From Halomicronema hongdechloris C2206 (lineage in GTDB: Bacteria; Cyanobacteriota; Cyanobacteriia; Phormidesmidales; Phormidesmidaceae), in the NCBI RefSeq assembly GCF_002075285.3, contig NZ_CP021983.2, positions 4,890,001 to 4,922,000 on the forward strand: DNA of 32,000 nucleotides, read 5' to 3'. Below the pieces are notes generated by a model. That model searched no databases and was not told where the DNA came from. It worked only from the letters and a program-made list of their open reading frames with translations. Shown here piece by piece: positions 16,731 through 25,965 of the stretch. The first letter of the stretch is position 1. The number at the start of each line of letters is the position of its first letter. A program made the position numbers and the translations under genes.

Positions 16731-18200
16731 ATGTTCCTCACTTTCTACAACAGCCTCACCAAACGCAAACAACCCTTTACCCCCAGCCATCCAGGACGGG
16801 TAACTCTGTATTGCTGTGGGGTGACGGTTTATGACGATTGCCACCTGGGCCATGCCCGGTCATACCTGGGGTGGGATGTGCTGCGGCGATACCTGCGCTG
16901 GCGGGGGTACGTGGTTCATTACGTGCAAAACTTCACCGATATTGACGACAAAATCCTCAACCGGGCCAGAGCCGAGGGCACAACCATGGCGGCTATCTCA
17001 GAGCGCTACATCCAGCGCTACTTTGAAGACATGCACCGCCTGAATGTGATGGATGCCGATGAGTATCCCAGGGTGACGGAACATATTGAGGCGATTCATG
17101 AGTTGATTGGTCAGTTAGAGGCTAAGGGCTATGCCTACGCTGCCGGGGGCGATGTGTATTATCGGGTAGAGCAGTTTGCCGACTATGGCCAGCTTTCGGG
17201 GCGATCGCTGGCAACCCTGCAGGCGGGAGCGAGTGGTCGCGATCTGGCGGCTACCGCCAAGGCCAACCCAGCGGACTTTGCCCTCTGGAAGGGAGCCAAA
17301 CCCGACGAACCGGCGTGGGACTCTCCCTGGGGACCGGGCCGACCGGGCTGGCATATCGAATGTTCCGCGATGATTCGAGCCCGACTGGGGGCCACCATCG
17401 ATATCCACGGTGGTGGCGGCGACCTCGTGTTTCCCCACCACGAGAATGAAATCGCCCAATCCCAGGCCGCCAACGGCAAACCCCTGGCCAACTACTGGCT
17501 ACACAACGGCATGGTGACGGTGAAGGGCGAAAAGATGTCGAAATCCCTGGGCAACTTCACTACGATTCGCGATTTGCTAGAGGGTCGTTGGCCGGAGTAT
17601 CCGCAGCCGGTAGACCCGATGGTAGTGCGGCTGTTCGTGCTGCAGGGGCATTATCGGAAGCCACTGGATTTTACGAAAGATGCCATCGCAGCCGCGATCA
17701 ACAGTTGGCAAACCCTGAAAGCCGGACTCCTCTTTGGCGACCACCACGGAGCCGCGCTGGGATGGTCAGTCGCCCCCCTTCAATCTTCTCTTCAGGAACT
17801 CAGCCTAGACAACCCGTGGGTCGAAAGGTTCCAAACCGCCATGGATGATGACCTGAACACGCCGGGGGCTCTGGCAGTGCTGTTTGAGCTGGCCAAAGGG
17901 TTGCAGCGGGAGGGAAACCGTCTGGTTCACGAAGGGAAGCCCCAATCCAGACCTGATGTGCTCTTGCAGCAGTGGCAAACCCTGTTGCATCTATCCCAGG
18001 TTTTAGGATTTGAGGCTAAAGCAAACGGTACGGCGGGTGACTTGGATGAGGCTGCGATCGCTGATCTGATCCAGCAGCGTCAGGCGGCCCGGCAACAGCG
18101 CGACTTTGCTATGGCAGATGATATTCGCGATCGGCTTGCGGCGGGGGGGATTACGGTGGTTGACCAACCGGATGGCGAAGTCCGCTGGCATTGGCAGTGA
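16731..18200 (+). CDS. cysS: Cysteinyl-tRNA synthetase
   Basis: Class I signatures HLGH and KMSKS. The zinc-site residues are retained (YCCGVT, HIECSAM, HGGGGDLVFPHHENE). Confidence 0.9.
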   Translation: MFLTFYNSLTKRKQPFTPSHPGRVTLYCCGVTVYDDCHLGHARSYLGWDVLRRYLRWRGYVVHYVQNFTDIDDKILNRARAEGTTMAAISERYIQRYFEDMHRLNVMDADEYPRVTEHIEAIHELIGQLEAKGYAYAAGGDVYYRVEQFADYGQLSGRSLATLQAGASGRDLAATAKANPADFALWKGAKPDEPAWDSPWGPGRPGWHIECSAMIRARLGATIDIHGGGGDLVFPHHENEIAQSQAANGKPLANYWLHNGMVTVKGEKMSKSLGNFTTIRDLLEGRWPEYPQPVDPMVVRLFVLQGHYRKPLDFTKDAIAAAINSWQTLKAGLLFGDHHGAALGWSVAPLQSSLQELSLDNPWVERFQTAMDDDLNTPGALAVLFELAKGLQREGNRLVHEGKPQSRPDVLLQQWQTLLHLSQVLGFEAKANGTAGDLDEAAIADLIQQRQAARQQRDFAMADDIRDRLAAGGITVVDQPDGEVRWHWQ

Positions 18201-18417
18201 ATCAGCGCGGTCGGAGCAATGCTTTAAGCGAATCTAGTCTCTGACGTGGTCTGGTAGCTTTCGTGGTTGAATCCCTATAGGTGGTAGGCGCAGAATAAAT
18301 GTGTTTATCTTGACCTGCAACCAGAAAAACTTACTGAGAAAACTCGGCAGCTATACTGAAATTTTCAATATATTCATCCGATATGAGCGGACTATATGGA
18401 TAAATTGCAGCCTATCC

Positions 18418-18509
18418 ACCCAACTTGGTGAGATATACTGCGAATAATCAACATATCCACCCTGTTTCGGGCAGATAGACTGAAACTGTCGATCTAATAA
18501 GAGTTAGGC
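18418..18509 (+). mobile_element. Candidate attC site or array-proximal recombination site
   Basis: ACCCAAC (fits RYYYAAC) ... GTTAGGC (fits GTTRRRY, 18503-18509), 92 nt apart. It lies 37 nt upstream of the SDR start. Arm pairing is only moderate (AACT..T.AGAT). Confidence 0.4.
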
Positions 18510-18545
18510 AGAATTAAACTCAAGGAAAATGAGAAGTGTCAGACT

Positions 18546-19298
18546 GTGACTGAGAAGGGAAGCGAAAAGAGAGTTGCACTGGTGACGGGTTCGACATCAG
18601 GAATTGGGATGGCGATCGCAAAGCGGCTTGCTGAAGATGGGTTTACTGTTGTTTTTCATTCCAGGTCATCGGTGTCAGTTGGGCAGTCACTAGCGACAGC
18701 GTATCCTGGTGCATCTTATTTCCAAGCTGATTTGTCCGATCAAGGTCAGGCTCGTGATTTGATTGCTAGAGTCTTATCGCATCACAGGCGGATAGATGTG
18801 TTGGTCAATAATGCAGGGGTTAGTGCCACAATTCCACATACATCCCTTAAGGAAGCGACACCAGAGGTCTGGCGAGATCTGTATGAAGTCAACGTCATTG
18901 CACCTTGGACACTCATTGCAGAGGCTGAAAATGCGCTACGTCAGTCATCCAGCCCTGACTGTCCTAGTTGCATTCTCAATATTAGTTCTCATGCTGGGAT
19001 TCGCCCAAAAGGAGCCTCAATCCCATATTCTGCAAGTAAAGCTGCTCTAAACCACATGACGAAGCTGCTTGCATTGAGTCTTGCACCACAAATTCGTGTG
19101 AATGCGATCGCACCGGGTTTAGTTGAAACTCCAATGAGCAAAGATTGGACAGCAGCCCGAAAGTTGTGGGAAGAGCGATCGCCAATGGAGCGAGGAGCGC
19201 AGCCAGAAGAGATTGCACAGGTGGCTTCGATGCTGGTTACAAGCCATTATCTTACGGGTGAGATTATAATTTCAGACGGAGGATTGAACCTTACGTAG
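18546..19298 (+). CDS. Short-chain dehydrogenase/reductase (SDR) family oxidoreductase
   Basis: Motifs TGSTSGIG, NNAG and YSASKAA. It has a GTG start and lies in AT-richer sequence. Confidence 0.85.
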   Translation: MTEKGSEKRVALVTGSTSGIGMAIAKRLAEDGFTVVFHSRSSVSVGQSLATAYPGASYFQADLSDQGQARDLIARVLSHHRRIDVLVNNAGVSATIPHTSLKEATPEVWRDLYEVNVIAPWTLIAEAENALRQSSSPDCPSCILNISSHAGIRPKGASIPYSASKAALNHMTKLLALSLAPQIRVNAIAPGLVETPMSKDWTAARKLWEERSPMERGAQPEEIAQVASMLVTSHYLTGEIIISDGGLNLT

Positions 19299-19312
19299 TC
19301 TGTGAAAATCAT

Positions 19313-19401
19313 GCCTAACAATCCCGTTGCACACCGACCGAATCAAGTTGGTTGGTGAGTTCCGAGAGATGACTAGCGGCGGGTGAACGGGGTCGTTAGG
19401 C
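19313..19401 (+). mobile_element. Integron-type attC recombination site, 89 nt
   Basis: GCCTAACAATCCCGTTGCACACCGACCG ... GCGGCGGGTGAACGGGGTCGTTAGGC. The cores are exact RYYYAAC and GTTRRRY. The arms are imperfectly complementary, and the 5' arm closely resembles classical cassette attC sites (GCCTAACAAT.C.GTT.CA..CCGAC). Confidence 0.8.
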
Positions 19402-19599
19402 AGACTTCACCCTGGGCTGTACACTCTTTTTGACATAGCAATGGCGAGAAAAGTCTTGCAGCTAACGTGAATATGATTATCTGGAATTTTTATTGAAGCA
19501 CTTAATTTTGATTTTGCTGACTACTTCAGTGGGATAATCCCAAGCCTCCAAAATGAAGCAAAACTGGAGACTGTTTTTAAGTGTTTTATGATTTAAGGA

Positions 19600-22368
19600 A
19601 TGTACAGGCCAATTTTAACCAGCAAACTGTATATCCCTCCACCACGACCCAACGCTGTGGTGCGTCCACGCCTTATTGAACGACTGAATGCGGGGCTACA
19701 CTACAAGCTAACCCTCATTTCTGCTGCTGCTGGTTTTGGCAAAACAACTTTACTCAGCGAATGGATTGCCGTCTGTGAACAGCCGGTGGCATGGCTGTCA
19801 CTAGATGAGGAGCATAATGATCCAACTCGCTTTCTGATTTACGTTGTGTCTGCCTTGCAAACGCTCACCTTAAGCAAGGTTAAGGGGGAAACTCAACTCG
19901 GTGAGGGGGTTTTAAGAGCATTAAAATCACCCCAACCGCCCCCACTCAATTCGCTTCTAACGACGTTGATCAATGAAATTACGGCCGTTTCCGAAAACGT
20001 CATCCTCGTCCTTGATGACTACCACCGCATTGAATCCGAACCAGTGGATCAGGCAATGGAGTTTTGGGTCCAGCACCTGCCGCCATCTTGTATGCACCTT
20101 GTTATTGCCACCCGCGAAGACCCACCGCTGCCCCTAGCACGGCTGCGCGCGGGGGGTCAGTTGACCGAACTGCGTGCCCCCGATTTGCGCTTTACCCAAG
20201 TCGAAACGGCTGAATTTCTGAACCAGGTGATGGATCTCAATCTCTCGATAGAAGAGATTACCGCACTTGAAAATCGCACTGAAGGTTGGATTACCGGCCT
20301 GCAATTGGCAGCGATATCCTTACAAGGACGCCAAGACACAACCACCTTTATCAAATCTTTCTCCGGTAGTCATTATTTTGTGCTGGATTATCTAATTGAA
20401 GAAATTCTAGAACAACAGCCCGAAAGTATCCAGAACTTCCTATTATCCACATCTATTCTTGATCGCCTATGTGGCTCTCTTTGTGATGCTGTTCTGTCCC
20501 AAGCTTCTACCCCAGGCCAAGAAATCTTAGAGTATCTAGAACGCACAAATTTGCTGCTGGTTCCGCTAGATGACAAACGCGAGTGGTATCGCTACCATCA
20601 TCTTTTTACAGATGCTCTGCAAGTACGCTTAACTCAGGGGCACCCCGACCATGTAGCTGAGCTACATCTAAGAGCATGTGCATGGTACGAGCAGAATAAT
20701 TTGCGGCCTAATGCGATCCACCACGCCCTCGCTGCCCGACATTTCGAGCGCGCGGCGGATCTAATCGAACTGGAATGGTCAGCTAATAGTGGATCCTATT
20801 ATCAGAATGCAACCTGGACAGAATGGGTAAAGACACTGCCAAACGAGTTAGTCCGAACCCGGACTACGCTCAGTATTGGCCTTGCCTGGGAGTTGCTTTT
20901 CTCAGGTCAGTTGCAGGCTGCAGAGAACCGACTGAAGGACGCAGATCGTTTATTGGAACTGACAGTAAACACCCGTGATTCTCTGGAGACTTCGCCAAGC
21001 AGTCAGGATGAGAAAACATTCCGTTCGCAGCAAGGGTTATTAGGCGTTGCTTGGGCTTTTCATGCTCAGGCACTCAGCGATAATGCTGGCACTATCAAAC
21101 ATGCCCGGCAAACACTCAACCTCCTATCTGAGACGAACCATTATATCGCTGGCCTCGCAAGCTCTCTGCTAGGTCTGGCTTATTGGAGGGATGGGGATTT
21201 GGAGATGGCCGTTCAGTATATGTCCGATGCGATCGCACGCTTGCGGACGACAGGACATCTCCTTTTTGCAATCAGTGGAATCTATACATTGGCTGGTATT
21301 AAGATTGCCCAGGGGCGTCTTTTTGACGCAGTTAATCTCTATAAAGAGGCCTTACTCTTTGCAACAGCACAAGGCGAGCCAGTATTGCCGGGCACAACTG
21401 ACTTACATCTCGGGTTGAGCCAGCTTTATCATGAACAGGGCAACGAGGAAGCTGCTAAACAGCACCTGCAGAAATGCGAGACACTCGACAAACGAGCAGC
21501 ATTACCGGAATGGCCCTATGGCTTATATCTTTTTCAGGCTCAATTAAAGGTCGAGCAGGGAGAACTGGATGATGCCCTCAAGTTACTCGAAGAAGCGGGA
21601 CAACTCTACCGTAGAAGTCCTGTTCCCAATCTTTGCCCTGTAGCCGCCTTGAAAACGCGGGTATGGCTCCGACAAGGCAGGCTGGCAGAAGCTCTTAGTT
21701 GGGTGCGTGAGCAAGACCTGTCTATTGATGATAAGCTCAACTATTTGCAAGAATTCGAGTACATCACATTCGCTAGGGTACTCATTGTTCAGTATAGACG
21801 TGACCAAACAGACGAGACCTTTCAAAAAGCAATGAAACTTCTGACGCAACTATACTCAGCAGCAGAAGCAGGTGGCAGGTCAGGCAGCATGATTGAGATC
21901 CTCATCTTGCAAGCAATCATCAATGAAGCACAAGGCCATATCTCTTCCGCCCTCCAGTTTTTGGAACGCGCCCTCACACTAGCAGAAACTGAGGGTTACC
22001 TCCGTATCTTTGTAAATGAAGGCCAGCCCATGGCGCGTTTACTCTATGAGGCCCTTGCTCGCAAAATAACACCTAATTATGTACAGCGCGTGTTAACTGC
22101 GTTTCCTCTTAACGAGTTAGAACCCAAAAAATCGTTAAAAACGCAACCTCAAGCAGCCAGGTTGCTCGAACCATTGAGCAAGCGAGAAATCGAGGTGCTT
22201 CACCTGATAGCAGAGGGTCGAACCAATCAGGAAATTGCGACGATACTCTTTCTTTCGGTGAATACAGTGAAAGTGCATACTCGAAATATTTACGGCAAAC
22301 TCGATGCCCATCACCGGGCAGGCGCCGTTGCGAAGGCCCGTGCTTTGGGTGTTTTGTCCTCAACGTAG
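19600..22368 (+). CDS. MalT-like LuxR-family regulator (STAND ATPase, TPR-like repeats, C-terminal LuxR HTH)
   Basis: It has an N-terminal P-loop (AAAGFGKTT) and Walker B (VLDDYH), followed by a long helical repeat region. The C-terminal HTH is LSKREIEVLHLIAEGRTNQEIATILFLSVNTVKVHTRNIYGKL. Confidence 0.85.
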   Translation: MYRPILTSKLYIPPPRPNAVVRPRLIERLNAGLHYKLTLISAAAGFGKTTLLSEWIAVCEQPVAWLSLDEEHNDPTRFLIYVVSALQTLTLSKVKGETQLGEGVLRALKSPQPPPLNSLLTTLINEITAVSENVILVLDDYHRIESEPVDQAMEFWVQHLPPSCMHLVIATREDPPLPLARLRAGGQLTELRAPDLRFTQVETAEFLNQVMDLNLSIEEITALENRTEGWITGLQLAAISLQGRQDTTTFIKSFSGSHYFVLDYLIEEILEQQPESIQNFLLSTSILDRLCGSLCDAVLSQASTPGQEILEYLERTNLLLVPLDDKREWYRYHHLFTDALQVRLTQGHPDHVAELHLRACAWYEQNNLRPNAIHHALAARHFERAADLIELEWSANSGSYYQNATWTEWVKTLPNELVRTRTTLSIGLAWELLFSGQLQAAENRLKDADRLLELTVNTRDSLETSPSSQDEKTFRSQQGLLGVAWAFHAQALSDNAGTIKHARQTLNLLSETNHYIAGLASSLLGLAYWRDGDLEMAVQYMSDAIARLRTTGHLLFAISGIYTLAGIKIAQGRLFDAVNLYKEALLFATAQGEPVLPGTTDLHLGLSQLYHEQGNEEAAKQHLQKCETLDKRAALPEWPYGLYLFQAQLKVEQGELDDALKLLEEAGQLYRRSPVPNLCPVAALKTRVWLRQGRLAEALSWVREQDLSIDDKLNYLQEFEYITFARVLIVQYRRDQTDETFQKAMKLLTQLYSAAEAGGRSGSMIEILILQAIINEAQGHISSALQFLERALTLAETEGYLRIFVNEGQPMARLLYEALARKITPNYVQRVLTAFPLNELEPKKSLKTQPQAARLLEPLSKREIEVLHLIAEGRTNQEIATILFLSVNTVKVHTRNIYGKLDAHHRAGAVAKARALGVLSST

Positions 22369-22473
22369 TCATCAGGCTCCCCATCACCCAACTTCCCTTT
22401 ATTGATGGGTAATTACTCCTTGAATAATACTCCAGTGGTATGACCCTCATATCGTCTTGCCCATAAGCTTCTT

Positions 22474-23211
22474 GTGTCGGTGATAAATACTCACAACAGG
22501 AATGGAGTAATGAAAGAAATGATTGCAGAAGCTTCGTTGCCATTCAAAGCGAGAATGGGTGGCGTTTTATACTTAATCATTATCATTGGAGGACTCTTCG
22601 GTGCGGGCTATGTTCCTTCCACGATCGTCGTACATGGTGATGCAGCAGCTACGGTAAATAACATCCTGGCAAACGAATCGCTCTATAGATTCGGACTTAG
22701 CATTCACATCATCGTAGTTCTTTGTAATATCCCTCTAGCAGTCATCTTTTACGACCTATTCGAGCTTGCAAACAAAAGTCTCTCTCGACTAGTGATGCTT
22801 TTTATATTGGTAGCAGCGACTATTGAGGGTGTCAGCTTACTCAATCAATTTGTCCCTCTAATCCTTTTACAGAGTGCTGCCACAATAACCGCAGAACAGC
22901 TTCAGGCTACGACTTATATGCACTTCCTGCTACAAGTTATAGGGTTTAATCTCAGTCTTGCATTTTTTGGCTGCTTCTGTCTTCTGGCTGGTTATTTAAT
23001 TTTCAGATTAGGTGTCCTTCCTCGAATAATAGGTTTGCTTTTGGCGATAGGGGGAGCGTGTTACCTGATTAATAGTTTCGCCAACTTTCTAGTCCCTGAA
23101 TTCGCTGTTAGTTTGTCCCCTTATATCTTTATCCCATGTTTTTTGGGGGAGGCAACACTCTGTTTGTCGTTGTTGATTAAGGGTGTAAGTCTTGAACAGA
23201 AGGTCATCTAA
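22474..23211 (+). CDS. DUF4386-family membrane protein
   Basis: A polytopic protein whose sequence, YLIIIIGGLFGAGYVP...GDAAATVNNILANESLYRFG, is typical of DUF4386. The true start may be the ATG at 22510. Confidence 0.5.
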   Translation: MSVINTHNRNGVMKEMIAEASLPFKARMGGVLYLIIIIGGLFGAGYVPSTIVVHGDAAATVNNILANESLYRFGLSIHIIVVLCNIPLAVIFYDLFELANKSLSRLVMLFILVAATIEGVSLLNQFVPLILLQSAATITAEQLQATTYMHFLLQVIGFNLSLAFFGCFCLLAGYLIFRLGVLPRIIGLLLAIGGACYLINSFANFLVPEFAVSLSPYIFIPCFLGEATLCLSLLIKGVSLEQKVI

Positions 23212-24192
23212 ATGAAAAAGGTTGTATACACAAAGTATGGTTCCCCAGATGTCATTGAACTCATAGAGACCGAGAAACCGTTACCTAAGGATAATCAAGT
23301 TTTGCTAAAGGTTCATGCGGCATCTGTCAACATGTTGGATTGGTATCATCTAACAGGTCCTCCGGTGATCCGTTTAACAAACGGTACACTTTCCAAACCC
23401 AAAGAGACTTCACTTGGACTAGACGTGGCTGGTCAGGTTGAAGCTGTAGGCGATCGCGTAACCCAGTTGCAGCCAGGGGATGAAGTCTTTGGAATAGCCA
23501 AAGGTTCATTTGCAGACTATGCGTGCGCTGATGAACATGAGTTGGTACAGAAACCGGCCAACGTATCGTTTGAGGCTGCGGCTGCTACCCCTGTAGCAGC
23601 CTTGACAGCGCTACAAGGACTTCACAATAAAGGCCGAATCCAGCCAGGTCAAAAGGTTCTCATCAATGGAGCTTCTGGTGGCGTAGGGACGTTCGCTGTG
23701 CAGATAGCCAAATCCTTCGAGACCATCGTAACGGCTGTCTGTAGCACCCAAAACCTGGATATCGCTCGCTCAATGGGGGCAAACTACGCTATTGATTATA
23801 CGCGAGAAGATTTTACGACGAATGGACGGCAATTTGACTTGATCTTTGCTGTCAACGGCTACCACTCGATTTTTGATTATCGCAGGGCATTGAGTCCTAC
23901 GGGCATCTATGTCTCAGCTGGAGGGAAGCTGGCTCAAATTATTCAGGCAGCGCTTGTGGGACCCATACTATCGAAAGTTGGACGTCAGCAACTCTCATTT
24001 ATGGGGATAGCGCAAGTGAAGCAAAAGGACCTGTCTATTATTGGAGAGCTGCTTGAATCTGGCAAAATCATACCCGTAATTGATAGATGTTATCCGTTAA
24101 GAGCAACATCACATGCCCTTCAATATCTTGGGGCGGGGCATGCCAAAGGAAAAGTCATCATCACTATGAGACCTGATGATAACAGCTCGTAA
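23212..24192 (+). CDS. MDR-superfamily NAD(P)H quinone oxidoreductase / alcohol dehydrogenase-like protein
   Basis: It has a GroES-like N-domain and the Rossmann motif INGASGGVGTFAVQIAK. The C-terminus is GHAKGKVII. Confidence 0.8.
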   Translation: MKKVVYTKYGSPDVIELIETEKPLPKDNQVLLKVHAASVNMLDWYHLTGPPVIRLTNGTLSKPKETSLGLDVAGQVEAVGDRVTQLQPGDEVFGIAKGSFADYACADEHELVQKPANVSFEAAAATPVAALTALQGLHNKGRIQPGQKVLINGASGGVGTFAVQIAKSFETIVTAVCSTQNLDIARSMGANYAIDYTREDFTTNGRQFDLIFAVNGYHSIFDYRRALSPTGIYVSAGGKLAQIIQAALVGPILSKVGRQQLSFMGIAQVKQKDLSIIGELLESGKIIPVIDRCYPLRATSHALQYLGAGHAKGKVIITMRPDDNSS

Positions 24193-24212
24193 GGCGCGAA
24201 TTCTCTCTAGCT

Positions 24213-24298
24213 GCCTAACACTACGCCGGAGCGGACGGATGACAAAATCTGAGTATTGACACGAAAACATTGACCGCCGTTCAGCTTCACCGTTAGGC
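24213..24298 (+). mobile_element. Integron-type attC recombination site, 86 nt
   Basis: GCCTAACACTACGCCGGAGCGGACGG ... GACCGCCGTTCAGCTTCACCGTTAGGC. The core sites are exact, and the arms pair imperfectly with bulges. Confidence 0.7.
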
Positions 24299-24532
24299 GA
24301 TTCTATTCTGGAGATGAATGAAGCTATTTTTTGCCAAGTCCTTGACAAGTTTCTCTATTTAGGCTATCAAGCTTATTTCCTAAGCATCCAAAAGCCTTAG
24401 AGCACTTACATAATTGCTCTATCAATGACCCTGACGACCATTTGCGAGAATGGGCAAGAAGACAACTTTTATAATGAGAACAGGTGAATTGAGCTTCAGC
24501 TTACATCGGTAGATAAAGTAAGAAGAGGTTTT

Positions 24533-24787
24533 ATGAGTATCAGTCTAACCCCCGACCAGGAACGCTTCATCCAAACCAAGCTTCAAGCTGGCAAATATCG
24601 CTCTGCCGAAGAAGTCTTAGAAATCGCCCTGCGGTTACTGGATGAGTACGATCGCTCTGAAGCTGAATGGGTTGAAGAAGTTCGAGCCAAGATTGACGCG
24701 GCGATTGAAGCTTCTGAAAATACCGCCCCGATCGATGGTGAAACATTTGTTAACGGCATCCTGGAACGATTCCAGCAGGCAAAGTAA
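24533..24787 (+). CDS. ParD/RHH-type type II antitoxin
   Basis: MSISLTPDQERFIQTKLQAGKYRSAEEVLEIALRLL is the ParD-like antitoxin signature. A ParE-like ORF follows 2 nt later. Confidence 0.75.
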   Translation: MSISLTPDQERFIQTKLQAGKYRSAEEVLEIALRLLDEYDRSEAEWVEEVRAKIDAAIEASENTAPIDGETFVNGILERFQQAK

Positions 24788-24789
24788 CC

Positions 24790-24948
24790 ATGAGTCGCTA
24801 TGTCATCAACGTTCTTGCCAGTCAAGACCTGAATGAAATTGCTGACTATTTTGCTGGAAACAATATTGAAGCCGGGGAGCGGTTCTTTCAGGCATTTAAC
24901 CGTAAATGCCAGCAGCTTGTTGCCTTCCCCAATAGCGGCAAGAGCTAA
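24790..24948 (+). pseudogene. ParE/RelE-family toxin, 3'-truncated (52 codons)
   Basis: MSRYVINVLASQDLNEIADYFAGNNIEAGERFFQAFNRKCQQLVAFPNSGKS* stops right after the conserved FP..G motif, where roughly the C-terminal half of a ParE toxin should follow. Not in the ORF track because it is under 60 aa. Confidence 0.65.
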
Positions 24949-24991
24949 AAACTGCAAGCCACACACTGGTGCCAGATTTGATTTTTAAGGC

Positions 24992-25950
24992 TCACTCTGG
25001 CTTCTGAATCAGACTCTCCCATTGCCGCTGTTTCACTTTGGGGTCAATGCCCAGCAAACGCACATAGTCGCCGGGATGATCTGCCAAGAACTGCTCCACC
25101 TGGGTCAGCACCTGGGCCTCGTGGTTACTCGCAATGGTCGGGCCATTCTGCCAGGAACCTGCCTTAAATCGCCGGATATCGGCGAATTCCAGGCCAATGT
25201 GGTGCCCCTGACGGAGTTTTTGCCGGATTCGTCCACAATTTCTGCCCGCAAAGGGTGAGCTACCTGACCATTGTGATGCATAGACTGGAAGCCATTACTG
25301 GAGATAGGATTCTGCAAAGACCTGAGGCAGGCGATATCGTCAGCACAGCGATATCCGGCTCGCAGGGCCTGGTTGATTTCGACCACGTGATGAGAGAAGG
25401 TGCGATGGTCAAAGACCGGCCTCCGGCCATCGCTATCGTTAGCATCCGGTAACCGATCGGCAGCTTGCTGGGTCGTAATCACTGCTCCTGAGGGCACATA
25501 CTTACCGGGGGGAATCTCCACATCTTGAATCAGGGCATGCATCATCACAATGCACCCGTGACCCACCTGGGCATTAAACACCGTCGAGCGAAAGCCAATA
25601 AAACACTCATTCCCAACGTAAGCGGGGCCATGAATCAACGCCATGTGGGTAATGCAGGTGTCGTGGCCAATCCACACAGAGTAGGCTTGCTGATCATCCC
25701 CTAAGACTCGTCCCTGCTCTAACCCATGAATGACCACCCCATCCTGAATGTTGGTATTCACCCCGATATAAAAGGGAGTCCCTTCATCCGCTCGAATGGA
25801 GGTATTGGGGGCGATAATCACATTTTCGCCCAGCTGCACATCACCAATCAGACTGCACTGGGGATGAACATAGGCAGAAGCTGCAATTGTAGGCTGATCT
25901 AGGTCATGGTCCCAGGGAGTGGGTGGGGCGGGTTGACGACGGAGCGGCAT
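24992..25950 (-). pseudogene. Gamma-carbonic-anhydrase / CcmM-like protein with one RbcS-like (SSLD) module; 1-nt frameshift near 25227-25230
   Basis: ORF 25105-25950 holds a left-handed beta-helix gamma-CA domain with the His ligands retained ([13 protein letters not shown]). A second minus frame from about 25228 to 24992 gives [78 protein letters not shown]. That is a typical CcmM small-subunit-like domain. Confidence 0.75.
25406..25429 (+). repeat. HIP1-splitting mini-hairpin element, 24 nt, in frame
   Basis: GCGA | T GGTC AAA GACC GGCC TCC GGCC A | TCGC. It adds GRRPVFDH within ...LPDANDSD[..][18 protein letters not shown]. Confidence 0.8.
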
Positions 25951-25965
25951 GGTACCTTCCTTGAT

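Noticed and set aside
19600-22368. A large STAND-type NTPase considered as a possible Avs-like antiphage sensor
   Set aside because: It has the standard MalT architecture ending in a LuxR-type DNA-binding HTH. It has no nuclease, protease or other effector domain. A transcriptional regulator is the simpler reading.
22386-22392. ACCCAAC (fits RYYYAAC) after the MalT-like gene, considered as the start of another attC
   Set aside because: No GTTRRRY core or complementary arm follows. Only a short ACCCA...TGGGT hairpin is present.
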